Positions 24,701-40,008 of a stretch of 64,000 nucleotides of DNA are shown here, in pieces. The position numbers and the translations under genes are program-made. The notes beneath the pieces are model-generated. The model did no database searches, was not told where the DNA came from, and was given only the letters and a program-made list of their open reading frames with translations. The stretch is taken from contig NW_019218203.1 in assembly GCF_002571385.2 (NCBI RefSeq), positions 1 to 64,000 of the forward strand, given 5' to 3'. Position 1 is the stretch's first letter; each line of letters begins with the position of its first letter. Source of the DNA: Stylophora pistillata (Eukaryota).

Positions 24701-27227
24701 TAATAATAATAACAATAATAATAATAAAGTATTTATATGGCGTTATTTTCCTCAAAGTTCAAAAGCGCTTAACAAGAGTGACACAATTGTAAAATTAGAA
24801 AAACGCTTTTTTAAAATGAGAAGTTTTAAGTTTGTATTTAAAAACGGACACTGAGGAGCAGTTCATGATTTCGCACGGCAAAGTGTACCAGAGTGTGGGG
24901 GCAGCTACAGAAAAAGATCTTGCCCCAAATGTCTTCAAACTGGGGGCTATTATGAACTTTGCGTTGGCTTAACAGCATAAATGATACATGTGCATGTTTA
25001 TATCAAAGAAACGACTTAGGACGCTAATCCAATATGATTTCTACTTTTGGCTTAGGTATCGCTGAAAAACAATTTCTTCCTTATTACCCATCTTCATCCG
25101 CAGTTTTTGATGTTCTGTGGCAACATATATTTCAGTATTTCCTGATTCTTGGACATAACCAAATGCACTTCTGTTGAGTCATTTCCAAAAATTAAAACAT
25201 GCACTAAAGTGGAGCTGCAAAGTAGTCCATGTCAGGTTGAAAATTACTTTTATTGATACAGTTTGATTTCCAGAGATTGTTTGCTTGAAAATTTAACATA
25301 TGTTCCGCAATTAAATCGATTCGGACAAAATTAATTCTTGCTCCTTATTCTTTATTGTGAAGTAGAAGTCTCCTTTGCGAATTAATTGCCAAAACCACAT
25401 TTAATGGCATGCATTTTAGTTTTAACAATGTCGATTGAAGCAAATTTTTACGCAATTCTGAACTTCATGACGAAATTTAAGTCCCCTGAAGTAAGAGAAA
25501 TTGAGTCCATTGAGTTTCCCTATAAGGCAGATTCAAAATTTATGCGTAGCCCAGTCTGATATCATATCAGACTGTTAAAAAATTAATCAGAGAAGTGAAA
25601 ATTATGCTGTACTAAGTGTCCAAAATGTTGCTTATAGATGATTCGAATTCAGCCAGGAAAGCAATTGGTCGTTCAATATGAATCCACGAGTGGAACAAAC
25701 TTCGAACTCCAAGTACATGACGGGAACACTACAAATGCCACAACAATTTCGTTTGTCAACCAACTGACAGGTGTCGTCCCACCATCTTTGAGCTCTGGTC
25801 ACGAACTATTCCTAAGATTTCGATACAGTGGTGGTGGTTCAGACGCAAAAGTCAGATTTATAATGACCAGCAGTCAAGGTAGGAAGAATAGCACTTTAGA
25901 AATCTATTTTGAAGGGTTATAAAGCAAAAATCCAGAGGAAGGTTCTGGTGCTCCAGATCTCCCCTGACTTCGTCAAACCCTGTGCATCAATTACTTCTTG
26001 TCTGACTCCCAAACGTTTTCAAAGACAGGACTGCGCATAGGCAACCGACTTGCTGATACATCATGCTTTAGATGAAACTCGCACTTGCGTGAAACACAAT
26101 TTAATCTCAGAGGTCTGTCAGGGTGTACCCGCGGATGGTTTGCCGGCCGTTGCTTCTTGCAAGGCAGATGCATTTACCACGTTCACGTAAACTTGTGTTC
26201 GTCTCTGCCTGAGTGATAAAATCTGCATAATGACGTATAGAGTGTAACGGAGAGTGACGGACGTGGAAGGGGGGGGTAAGGAGGAGGATGAAGGCTGGAT
26301 TGATAGAATTTAGCTAACAATTCTGTGCTTTCTTTCTTTTGGATACCCAACAAAAACGTCCTTCGTCAGCCCGGTAATCATCTCCAAGTTCCCCCCCCTG
26401 CAACACGCACTCATCAAATAGGTAACGTATGTTACATCTGCTAACTGACTCTCAGGCGTTTGTGACTCAAAAAGCGAAGACTACTATTACATCTTGGCGT
26501 AGCTAAACACAAGATAATTTTGGCTTTATCAACTGTGTCCTCTTCTTGTTTCACCAGAGTATATCTTTTTGAAATAAATGTATGTTACGCAATAGATGAC
26601 ATTCGAATCCCGTACAGGCCTGAATTGTTTCAGGTCTGATTTTCACTATTATATTGCTTAAATAGTGCTCTTTACTGCGAGGATCGTGCCCAAATACATA
26701 GATGACATTGGTGGAGGTGTACGTCAAGTGCTCAGTAATTTTAAGGATCCATATTTCCTCAACGTTACGAATGAAAAGACAAGGTTTACATCGTGTGCGA
26801 GTGCATTTAAAAAGCTCCAGGTTGGTCATTACTCTGATCAACTTCTGACCTAAAAGTTCCTTTTGTTTTGTCGCCTTTTGAAGACGACTGAGTGATCGTT
26901 TCTGAGAGCACCTTCGCGACGTAGAAAGGAAAGACAAGAACGCATCCAAACCAGTCGCTAAACACTTCAATCTGCCTACTCATTCTAAACAGCATATGGC
27001 AGTTTGTGGCTTTTCCCTACATCTAAGCAGTCCGAATTCGGAGAGCTGCAAAACTCTAGAACAAAAATTCTTCTTTCAAATCGGAAATCTTAATTCTACG
27101 ATATCAACATACGTTTTACATTCAACAAGTTTATACTTGTCTTTTTCGTTACCTTGTTCCCACCGATAGCGTTGCTCTATTTTCTGCGTATAAACACACA
27201 CACAACCTACTGTTCCTTCATTCGCTC

Positions 27228-27260
<33 letters not shown>

Positions 27261-30200
27261 GAAACTTATTACGGTGGCCAATTTACATTATCAACTTATT
27301 ATACTCCCTCGCCGATGGAGTACCACAGTCTCTTTAGAAACTTACACCCTTTATTCACTACTTTATTCTTTATTCACTGTTGTTTAGAGTTTTTATAATT
27401 TTTAATCTAATTTTAAATTTTTTAATTGTACTTTTTGTAGATTTTATATATTGGAGATATCTTTAATCCCCAGGACCCTATGGATACCAGCCAAGTTGGT
27501 GAATGGGCTAACCTGGTTAACTAAAGTCACAGTGGGCAGTGGTCCTATACTAGGAGTTTATATTCTCTCCCGTTTTCTGAATCTATTAGTTATGGTTATA
27601 TCTTTGTGTAGTCCAAATCTCTCAGTTATTGGTTCCCAAGTCAATTTATTTTTTAAACCACGATAGGATCTGAAAGGTCGGAAGGTCTCTGAATAACGGT
27701 ACTATCTCTTTTCAGATTGTTGCTCTTTGGTAATATTCAACTCTTCATTCAGCGATAACCAGGGGAGAGGTATATTTTTGAAAGATTTCGTAGGAAATTT
27801 GGACATTTCTGAGACAAAGGTCTTTAGAAATGGCATGGATGGCCTAATGATTGAACGGACCCATGGTAAAATAACAATGCTCGGCTCTCACTTTATTGAC
27901 AACAGTGCTAATGGTCTTGGATTCTTGGACAGCAGCTTTCTTTCATATATTCTTTGCCAGCTATTTTTCAAAGGAAACGGATATAATGGATTGAATGTCC
28001 AACGGGTGGCTTTCAAAGGTAAAATTTCCGATTCGGAGTTCACTGAAAATGGTTACAACGGACTTGTGATCGCTTCTGGAACTGGCGAAGTTGTAATGCA
28101 AAACGTCCTTGCGATTTTGAATAAACAAAATGGAGTAATGGCTTACGATGGTAAAATCGCCACTGAATTTAAATTTTGCAATTTTTCAAGAAACCAAAAA
28201 GATGGATGCTACATTGCCAACCAGGCGGGATCTCATCAATTGTACAACTGCTCGGCAAATTCAAATTCAAGATGTGGAATTAGTCTTTCAGATCCAATTT
28301 ATTACTCTTCGCCAAATTATCATTTCAAGGGATTTATTTTAAAGGACAGCACCATCCAAAACAATGCACTCTTTGGAATCAAGTTCAGCTTTGGGGAAAA
28401 AAACCCAAGGGAATATGGAGTCAATCCTAGTATTGTGATAAAGAGAAACTCCTTTGTTGGAAACAGCAGAGGAGGTATCGTTTTGTCGTCAAACTACCGC
28501 AGGTGGTATTGGAACGACCCAAGAAAAATTGATTTTGTTGTAAATAACAATCTTTTTGAACAGAACAAAGCTAACTCAATTTATGTTAACTGTTTCAGTT
28601 TTCTTGGTTCAAATTCTTTGATAGAATCAAACAAATTCGTAAACAATAGTGACGGAGTGGTGACGTTTTTGCACGATAACAATTGTAAGCCTGATCGCAA
28701 AGGTAACCCCATTATCGTGACAATCAACGGAAACACATTCACCAAAAATCGTGTTGATAATGTGATATATATTGACTACAACTTATACCCTGAGACACGC
28801 TCAGCTTCTATAGGAAACAACACTTTTGAAGATAACGAGCCTCCTACGAAAGAACTTTTTCCAAACTTTTTCCTTCGGCTGACAAGTCATGCAGTCATTG
28901 TTCTTAAGGAAGGCAATTTTACTGTACATGATAACATCTTTGAAAACCCCAGCTACACATTTCAGATCTCTTCATTGCTTCGTGATCATCATCGAGTTGT
29001 TGATGCAGAAATGAACTGGTGGGGAACCGCTGATGGATGCGAAATTATGGACAGAGTCTTTGATTTTCAACACAATGCCCATTTATCCCAATTTCAATTC
29101 TTCCCATATTACACCTCTTTGGACAAAAGTGCCGTGAGTACTTCAAGACCATACTGTTTCCTTAGAGGTTCCAGCATTGGTGGAAGCCTAGACAGACTGC
29201 TGACCTTGTCAAATGCTGACTCACCTTACGACGTCCGACAAGACGTTGTTATCCTGACCAACGGTACTTTGGTCATACCTAAAAATGTCACGTTAAGGTT
29301 TCCTCCCAGATCAGTGATGGTGGTAAAAGGAAAGCTCATTGTCAATGGGACTGATAATGAAAAAGTTAGATTTTCGACAAAGCCATACCAAGAGGAATTC
29401 CGTTTGGCTGGAGGTGCTGGTCCTTGGGAAGGAAGAGTGGATTTTCTGGTGAACAATACCTGGTCGCCAGTGTGCGTTTCTTACTACAGATCATTTACCT
29501 CAGAATCAAAAATTATTTGCCAGCAATTTAATCTCTACTATCAGACCTACTGGTTTCACTCTCCTACTGGACAAGGCTCTGGCTTTGTGCATAACGTCAT
29601 CTGCGACGAGAACATTGACAATGATATCATGAACTGCAGTGTTAACACTTGGAGTTATAGACCCTCTTGTACAGGTTATACTGTGCACGTGACTTGTCAA
29701 CAGTACAACTGGGCTGGGCTTCACCTAGCAATGACCAATCATCAAAGCTTGTTACGTTACGTGGAAATCTTAGATGCTGGGTTCGCCTATCGCAGCGACA
29801 TCCAAATCTCCGGTGCAGCTCTGACAATCGACCTCAACCATCATAACATAAGCAACATTTTCATTAATAACTCTTTGGGAATTGGTGTTAAAGTGGTATA
29901 CCAGAGCTTCATTCATTATGCGTCGTTGATACCACAATCTACAATATCATATACAAAGTCACACGGTGTTCTTTCATACTCTCCGTCCCTTGTTCTCACA
30001 GACATAAACATGACAAGAAACGATGGGAACGGTTTCATTTTCAAAGGTACAACAAGTTCATGGGATAGTACACGCACATTTACCGCCAAAATGGCCAGTC
30101 GAGACATGGATAAATATCTCTATATCTGCTCCCACAACAAAACATTTCTATCCGCCGAAAAGGTATTTTATTTCAGTCTAGAAGCACTGGAAGATAGCCT

Positions 30201-33200
30201 TCGGTTCAGATGTCAACACGTGCTGGAAACAGAGCCAGGGTATATAATACTTATTCAGGAGCTTTACACTTCAACAAATTTGGACGATTACCATATCTTC
30301 CTACACGTGTATAACGGAGATAATATGTCACTAGGGATCCCTTTTAAGTTGGGATCATCATCCTTGGAGAATCGACCTGTTTTCAACTCGGTGAATTCTT
30401 CTATTTTGTTTGATTTTTTCAAGCACTCTGGCTTTAGTGAAGATATGAACTTCTTGGTGTATACAGTGAAAGGTTTGTTATTGTTTGCAACGACTTTCTA
30501 TTCAATATTTTACCACGCTTGGCAGTAATGTCGAAATGTGATTGGCTAATATGTCGTTGTCGACAAGATTACAGACAACGCTGCTTGCGTCAAAGTGTCA
30601 CGCAATGTCTTCATTAGCTCTTAAACATGGACGAATCGGAAATTTTGGCGTAGACATTGTCGTAAAATACAAATCGACAGTGGTTTAGCGTGGTCTGTCA
30701 AAATTTGTTTCGGACTCTCTCGGCTCCGCAACCTGAGTCCACAAAATTTTGAACATTGTGAAGACGAATGTTGTTGTCGATAAGAATACAGACGACGCTA
30801 AACCACAGTCGATTTTCTAAATCTATACCCTCTGACATTGGACGAACCTAGATGATGAATTTCCTAGATGGGTTCGATCATTCATAAAGTACATTTTTGA
30901 TAGGTTATGGTATGTGAAGACTCAGCAATTCAACACATAAACGTTTTTGTTTCTTTGTTTCTTTTTATTTTGATTAAGAACTTAATTCTAAAAGAAGAAT
31001 GAGAAACAGTAAAAAGGGAAGGAAAGGATTCAAAGTGTCGGGGAGAATAGACAATTAGGAAGATGCAGTCGTCATTAATTTTAATTTTGCTTTTTTTTTA
31101 GCAGTTTAAATTTGTTGTGTTTATTTTAAACATTTTTAACAGGAAGTCAAAACGTTGTGTACGTCGGAGAAGAAATCAAAATAGCTCGAGCCAAGATAGC
31201 CAATAGCCTTCAAGGAGGTATTCTCATTGGAGGACGTGTGTTGAAGCACCTCTGCGTAAGTGAGACAGAAATCACTCATTCAGAATTCGGAATACAGTTG
31301 ACCCCGAGTGGTATCAATGCCGTTAAAATTGTTTCATCAAAGCTTCACCAAAACAACCAGGGAATTTTTATAGATTTGATCTCCTCTCAAGATGTTTTTA
31401 GCGTGCAAGACTGTGTTGTCAACGGATCACTATATCATGGCATACATATCAACGTACTTTATCAGTCAATTCGTCATGCACATCACATCCAGATTTTAAA
31501 CTCGAGTATTACAGAAAATCGTCAACGCGGCCTCTTTATCTCGGAACACTCATACGGGATGGATTTAAACATATCACTCATTGGCAACTTTTTCTCTTCG
31601 AACGTAAAAGGAGGCGTTTTTTACCATCAGTACTATTATTATTATTATTACCATCATTACAGAAATCCTTCCTCAGTAATAAAATCGAACCATTTTTTGC
31701 GTAACGAAGGATCCACCATTGAAATTCAATGTCGCAGCTACTACAGTAATCAAGTGTTCGCAATTGTTAGTAATTTATTCCAGGAGAATTTGGGCTTCTC
31801 TGTTATCTCCTTGACGACCTCTTACGGGAGAATAACTTTACTAATTCATCGGAATTTGTTCTTGGCGAATCGTATCCAGGATAATGCAGCGATTGTCATT
31901 TATAGGTACACAGGGCGAGGTACTTTTGACATTAGAAGCAACAACTTCACCCTGAATTCCGGACGTTGCCTATTTCTTGGAAGAACAGTACCTTATGTTC
32001 AACTTACTGTTACAAATAACCTGTTCCGTGAGAATTATTGCAAAAATAAAAGTGTTATAGAAATACTTCGCATGGACGAAAACAACATCATTGAGAGTAA
32101 TATCTTCATCAACAACAGGGCAAACAGTGTAGTTCTTCTTCAAGTGATGTATGATATCCATCTATCACTTGAGAGGAAAATGGTTGCCTTCAAGAACAAT
32201 ACCCTATTCGATAACGTTCCTTATTCTGAAACTCAGTCTCTAAACGAACGTGATTCTTGTGCGGTTGTTCTGTCTGGTATCCTAGGGCACAAAGAAACAG
32301 AGTTTTACTTCAACAGTTTTAATAATACTCGATACTTGATGGAACTTTGTGTTAAAGTACTGGCCACTTCCGAGTATGACGTAGTGAATTTGACATACAA
32401 TTGGTGGGGAACAGCGAATGAAAGCAAAGTGCGTGAAAGGATATGGGACTTTGATGACAATTATGACTTTGCTGTTGCTAATATATCGCCAGTTCTTTTG
32501 ATTAATAATGAACACGACTTAATTTCTTTCGAACAGCACAACTTAACACAAACGCGTAGTATTCTCTCAGGGCGACTGATAGAGTCTCTGACACTTAAAC
32601 CCTCGCAAAGCCCTTACTTCGTACCTTCAGACTTTATTGTCACGGCAAACGTTACCCTCACCATACAAGCTGGAGTTATCGTGAAAGTAAGCCCTGGGAA
32701 GAGAGTACTTGTCGCTGGAACATTACAGGCATTGGGAACGTTTGCCAAACCAGTGATATTTACAGTTAAGGAGCCTACAGAAGATAACATCAGGTCACAG
32801 TTTCCTTTACGTCTTGTGGATGGCGATTTTCCTTGGAAGGGGAGAGCAGAATTATTTTATAACAAATCGTGGAAGCCGATAACTGTTTCAAATATCTTAG
32901 CCATCAGAAACATTACAAGACTACTCTGCCATCAGCTGGGATATGGTCCAGGTGATGTTTCGAAAGGAAAGTCCCATGGTATTGGTCAGGATGGGAAAGG
33001 GTCGTGGATGGTAGAGATCAGCTGCTTTGGACACGAAACAGGGCTTCAAGAATGTTTATTCAACCTGGTAATGCCAAACGAAACCACTGCTTTACAAGTT
33101 GTAAAATGTGAGGGCTTACCTTGGGGAAATGTAAGATTTGTGCCACCCAGAGATAAGAACACCTCCAACTTGCAGTCCGTGTTAAATCACGTTCAGTTTT

Positions 33201-36200
33201 CTAACTGTGGCAATCGCCATGGAGCTGCTGTGCCAGCCATTGAAATCGTGAACAGAGCGCCCAAATTACAATTTGTTACAGTGAAAAACTGCACATCCGG
33301 TGGCTTAAGAATCTTCTCTGCAAGAACTGATATTCACCTCAATCACTGTACATTTATCAACACAGGAGGCACTGGGATAAGCTTTGTAGAGACACATCAA
33401 AGCATCATGCTTGACAGTTTAGAGTCGAGCAAGAACCTACTGGGCGCCTCGTTTGAGGAACCAAATCGTGAAAATATCCCTCGCGTTTTTTATGGCCGAG
33501 TGTTTGTATGCGGTGCCAAACAAATTGTACATATAAAGAAATTAACTTATCTTTACTTTGATACTGCGAAACTGAAAGATGCATGGGAGTCGATGACTTG
33601 TCTAAAAGTATTGACTGTTTCCAAAGGTCATGGGATCAAAGTTACTTTATTACATACTACAGGAACGCATCGAGTGAGGATTTACGATTCTGGGAACTTT
33701 GGCAATTTAATCCTGGATAGCTCTTACGGAAGCCTGAACGCGTTTGTAGGTAAAGCTTTGTTTATACTGCGTGATGCAATTTTACTACAGTGGACTGGTG
33801 ACACTAACTCTGAAATTGTCGTTGAAGTGGAAGACATAAATGTTGTTGGTGAGTACAGATATGTTATTCACCAGCCGGGAGGTTTGACTTGGGAAAAACT
33901 GTGCCCGAGGTCTTGGATATCCTCGAGGCCGTAGGCCGAGGGCGGTACTCAAAACAGAGGACATAGTTTTTTCCAGTGTGAACCGACCTATGCTGGTGAA
34001 TAACATTTTTATTTTTTTCTAACACATAACAAAATGATTCCCAAAAGAACCCAAATGATTTAGGGCTACAATTACGAGTTTAAATATCGGAAAATCATCT
34101 ATAAGCATGACTTTTTTAATGAGTGGATGATAAAGAAAACAGGCGTTATTGAACTTTAAGAGAAAGCTTTCACCGTAAACTGTTTATTTGTAAAGGTAAC
34201 TTGAAAGGCTTCTAAGCAAATTTTGAAACATATTTTGATGAGTATCTGTGACGATGTGACACCTGTCAATCGAATAGGAAAAAAACGTATGTACGCTCTT
34301 GAATAAACACAGTGTTGGTGAGACCAACACATACCAGTCAAAGGACCATGCGACGACCTTCCCGTTCCAAAAAAAAAATAAATAGTCAGAGATCTTACGG
34401 AAAGTATTTACCTCTGTTCCCTTTTAGAACTTCACGGAAAGTCAAATTGTAAGTGAATGCAAATGTTCGTTTAGGAGTTGTCAGTCTGCTTGTTAGTTTT
34501 CTGCAATGGTGTGTATAAATCTGTCTTTCTTCCACCGAAAAGCTGAATTCAATGAGACTCTTCCTAGCTAGACACAAAGGGATTAAACGCGACTTTCATT
34601 GATCGAATTCCGTCGGTTCTGTCGTGACATTTACCGTCAAAATGTCCAAATTCAAGGGAATTGTAAAGAATACGCGAAAGTTTGTTCATAGAAGAATTCA
34701 AAACTTCGCTCAACGTTTCACAAACGAATGAAAGTCTTGTCTCTTAACTGCAACTACCTCTCGTTTTAACTTTCTGAGTTACTTTTTGTGAAGGATTATT
34801 GGATGACTATTGCCCTTTTGTGATTTCTAGACTATAACCACGAGCACGTTATGTTTCCAGTTCTTGCTGACTCCACGAAAGACAGCAAAGAGCGATAAAT
34901 TAAACATCTCGCAATCATCTCAGGATTTTGTGCGATTTAAAACAAGTTTTCCTCATAGAAATATCTAAATAGGTGTGATAAGTGCATTATAAAACTTTGG
35001 GGGAATTTATTTTTCTTAGAAGAGAGAGCATTTTACCGTTTAAATCAGCAAATTTTGTAGGTCCGAAAATATAATCTTTTCAGTTCTTGCCGAATGACAG
35101 TGACACTACAAAAGACAAGAAACATCCCAAAATAATTCACAGTGACATCCACATACGCATAATTGAAATCGAGACTTTTCCTCGCAGAAATATCTCAATA
35201 GACGTAAACTGCACATCATGTAGGCTTTGAGGACATTTTTTCCTTTCAAAGAGGGCATTCTACTCTTTGAATCAGCGGCTTATGCCGAAAAAGGCCGCTA
35301 AATTTACGAAGCGAGGAAGCTGCAAAATACGATACCTTGAGTTATTCAACAGAATGATGGAATGGAGAACAGTGCATCAGCGAATGGCGGAGTATCTTAA
35401 GACGGGGAGTGACAATATATCCCGAAACAAAAGTCTTAGAAAATGGAACTGCAACCAAATTATAAAGATGTGCAACTAACAGGCAAAATGAAAAGAAGCA
35501 AACGTAATCATTGTTGAAGTCCAGAGGAGAGGGCAACTATGACTTTTTGGAGCCAACCCCTTTAAATTATTATTATACTACCATTGTTGTCTTTATTATG
35601 ATTATTATTATAAATATTATTATTTGTCACCATTTAATTATTGGTTGTATGTCTATTAGACAATATATTCTTGAATCACCTTTCTCCATTGGAACAGGGT
35701 GCTGAGAGATACCTGGGATGCGGCAGGTTTTCTATTTTGGATGCGAGACAATTGTTCTCAGTACAGCCCTCTAGTGTCATTATAAAACTTCTAGTTCTCT
35801 CCAATGCTTCAAAAACTGTGTTAAACTAGTTGGCACATGCAGTCTTTGACTGTCTAGTTTTTGGTTCAATGGCTTAAGTCCTAGTTTTTTCGAGGCGTAT
35901 GGCCACGTTCTAAAAAAACATCCCTCCATATTACCCACCAAATTGGGAGTCTAGATCATGAAAAAACTGTTGGGCATGTGGACCAATGTACTTCACATTC
36001 TTCCACAGATTCACCATGCACTTACGAGATAGGATTTTGCGGTTGGAAGACACTCAGTAACACGACCCTTGAAGGGCTTAACATCACCAAGACATGGAAA
36101 ATCCGAGCTGGGGGGCCATTCAACATACACGACTTCTCTTATTTGAATTACTATGGTACGTTTTGAAATCAGCTAACGCTTTCTCAAGCACAAAGTTTGA

Positions 36201-39200
36201 TATGGTAACATCCGCATCAGTCAAGTTTAGAGATACCTTGTGTCTTGAACGATCTCTCTTTTGCTTCTTAATCGTACCTATTATGTTGACGCCCATTCAT
36301 TAATATTGAAATTCAATACCAATGATTATCGATTATTATAACTGTAGTACTTCGCTCACATCCGTATATCACAATTCTCTCCTTTCTACTTTCCAGTCTG
36401 CTCTGCCTGTATTTGAGTATCATGTCTTGTTTTAACTCACTAGTAGTTTTATTGTATCTAATTTGTATGACATCTGTACGTATCTTTTAGCTTATAATGT
36501 AGTAAAATAATGCATGGCTTATAACCCCAATAATATTGCTGTAATGAAATCTCTTTAATATATTGTAAAATCTCTTTAGTTTATGGTGGTAATCAAACTT
36601 CTTTAGCTCGCAATGTGTAGTATTTACTCATTTATTTCTAATACCCGCCAAGACTAGCTAATGCTATATGCGAGTTGTGTAAATTTGCTTGTAATGTTCC
36701 ATAAAATAATAATAAACAAACAATAATAAACAACCTGTTTTGTTCAAAGAAAAGTGAGGATACTTTTTCGCAGAAAAGTGGAATCCATATGTAAAGAAGT
36801 TAGAGAGATGATCATAATCAGTCAGTCAGTAAGAGAATTTAAACTTGGCAGAACCGGGCAGAGGCGATAATCCTCAAATCACCGATTTGGGTTAGACTTG
36901 CATAAATGCTAAGTATCAAGAGTTAAAAAATTTGTGAAAATAATAGGTCAAAATATCTAATTTACTGGGAGATAAAAGGTACCCTAGAAAAACCCCCCTT
37001 TCCAACATTCCTCCATTTCCTGCAGCTAGGGATTTAAATATTTTGACCTCTTATTTTCACACATTTGTTAACTCTTGATCCCTAGCATTTGTGCTAAGTT
37101 TGAGCCAAATGGGCGGTTTGAGTATTATTGCCCCCTGCCCGGTTTTCTCGTGAACATGCTCTTAATCAAATGTTATTTATTAGTCCGCTTTGCTCAGTTT
37201 CTAAACAACTACAAAGCGATAATTTATCCAAAAAATCAGCTGTTATCTAGCCAACGAGAGAATTTCAACGAGCTGTAACCGGTTAGTTTTTCAGGAAAGG
37301 TTCTGTTAGCTGGTTCGGACTATTACTGGGATCGAACTGGTGGCTTAGCAGCCATGATCAGCCCTCCAATCACAAAGCAGTCCCAGTGGTGCACTTTAGT
37401 TTACTTCTACCGCCTGAGAGGAAACGGAGATGCTGTTCTGTCAGTCTACGCACAAACAGGTTTGTCCGTAATTTTACTGACTTAAAAAAAAAAAATTAAA
37501 AGAAAGAGCCAGCATCACCGGGTTTCCACTCTCTTTTTCTTTTTGTTTTCCATCGTTTAAAGGAACCTTTTCCAAGATTGACCACAGGCTGATATGGAGG
37601 TCTACGGACGACTACGTATGGGATTGGAGAAAGGTGGTAATTGACCTTCCTAGTGACATTGATGAGTACAGACTTTTGCTCGTGGCTCGGTACAACTCGT
37701 CATCTTATTACTACTCAAGAAACTACGTCGCTGTCGATAATTTACTATTAAGTGGCTGTTTAGCTAAAGGTAGATCGTTTTTGTCTCTTCGTTTGGAATA
37801 TTATGCTTTGTTATTGCCAATGAGTAATTTCAAGGAATATTTTCGCATTGTGTATTGATAAAAAATTCTTTTCTATCTTCTATCCACAACTGCACAACCA
37901 CTTGTTTTTTTCTAAATTCATAGCTCCCGGAATGGTTTTTTTCTGTCAGATAATACCCTTTCTCTCTTGCAGAACATCGCATATCAAACAGCGTTTTCAG
38001 CGGAAACCAGCATCAGGCCATAAATTACGTTTCTACCACTGGTAGCAGCGATAACCCTCCTTATTTAACGATTGAAAGGTGCAAAGTCACCGACGGTTCC
38101 TTCTCAAACTTGAATCCAAAGACCTCTATTTTCTTGGACATTCATGATACAGAATTTGCGATTACCAACAACTTCATCTTTGGAAACCATTACGGAGGTG
38201 TAACCGTGCGAGCAGGTCGATCCGAAGGAACAAGCTCATCAAGAAGCCTAGTGTTTGGAAATACGTTTTCCAGTAATGAAAATAGAGCCACACTTGAATT
38301 AAGAAAACAAGGGAATACAGCCAACTACAGCTTCATTTATATCAAGGACAACGCATTTGAAAGTAATTCGGGATACGGTTTCAGGATCGTACGAGTCTCT
38401 GATGTGGCATGCGAAATCGTTAATAATTTCTTATACAATAATTCTGGCTTATACCTGATAGATTATCAACTTTTTAGTCCTTGGCTGAAGGGACAAAGGT
38501 GTGAATTAAACAGTTTTTATCACAACCAAGGTTCCATCACTATCAATTCCAACGGGCCAGTGGTATACCGCAGAAATGTTTTTGAGAATCCGTCCAATCT
38601 TTACGAGTTTAGCTCAACAAGCTCGCCAGTTACTGACCCAATTGATGCCGCGCAGAATTGGTGGGGCAGTGGAAACGAGTCCTTAGTTTCTCTGCGTATC
38701 TACGACAAAAATGATTATCCAAGACTGGCAACTGTGTAATATAAACCTGTTCAAAAATCATCACCTTTCAACCTCTTAACAGGTGCGTATCCCTTTTTTT
38801 GAAAGATAGATTTTAATCTCTTTCATTCATAACACCAATGCGAAATCTAAATTTCACAGTAGAATGTGAGCTGGGTCGGTGCAATATGACGCTTGAATTA
38901 CGAACATGATGCTTGGTAGGAGAAAAATACTCAAAAACGGAATCTTTCCCGTTCGTTTTAATGTTCTTAGAGAGGATCAAGCCTAAAGACTTCCTAGGTA
39001 TAGGCGTACTAGAAAGCAAATCAGGCAGGGTAGATAACTTGATTAGATTGCATACTTTACCCTATAGCAAAGTCATCTTAAAGGAATAGCACCAAATCTA
39101 CCAAGCGTGTTGTTTTACTGTTTAGGTGGAAAAAATGCATGCATAATGAAATGGCAAAATTCGTGACACAAAAAGGGTCGTTCTTGAATTATACAGAGTA

Positions 39201-39977
39201 AAGCCTTTTTTTGATCCCAACCGTGGAATTGTTTTTGATCACTTGAATGAAATATATTCGACAGTGAGACCCCGTTCTTCTTCTCACTCATATATCTTTT
39301 TTTCCCAATACCAGGCACGTAAAAGCAGTGGATTATAAGTAGCATGCAAAGATAGCAATAAGTAACACTCACCACTGCATACAGATAAAATAACTTTGCT
39401 GTTCCCTTGTAGATGACTGTCCCCTTGGGTGGATTAATAAAGGTCGGACGTGCTACATTTACAGGGGTGAAAGTAGGACGCTAAAGGAAGCCAAGGATTA
39501 TTGTAAGGTATGGATTGTATTTGTATTTTACAGTATCCCACTAAGACTCTCTTAATGCAAGATAAAACAACAATATCAAGCAAAGCAGGTGCATGCATAC
39601 AAAGGCATTATTGTCTCCTCAGTAGTTTCCTTTTTTCAGTTTTTTTCCAGGTATATCCATGCCAGAAAAATCACTGTCATTTTGCATCTCCTACACCCTC
39701 TTTACCCTGACTATCCATAGTACAAAAGACAATTTCATAAAAACAATTACTTCGTCTAGAGTAGATGAGGCCAGCTACTCTGTCCGAATTAGAACAGCTA
39801 CCATGTCTACAGTAGATATTGCCATATACACTAAAGCAAAGGCAACTTTATGTGTAGTATCTTGCTGTAGACAAGGTAAATAATCATTATGATTGTATCG
39901 ATTGTAAGCAGCGTAGATAGCTGTGTCTACTACAATTGGATTATTTAGGTAGCTGTATCTACAGTATTGGAGACAGC

Positions 39978-40008
<31 letters not shown>

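Noticed and set aside
29226-30107. Minus-strand ORFs conserved between copies A and C
   Set aside because: The conservation is explained by the sense-strand exon in duplicated DNA.
27727-33934. Two adjacent 900-aa intronless ORFs as horizontally acquired bacterial beta-helix genes
   Set aside because: Both have phase-matched GT-AG boundaries and metazoan SRCR domains; they are large exons of one gene.
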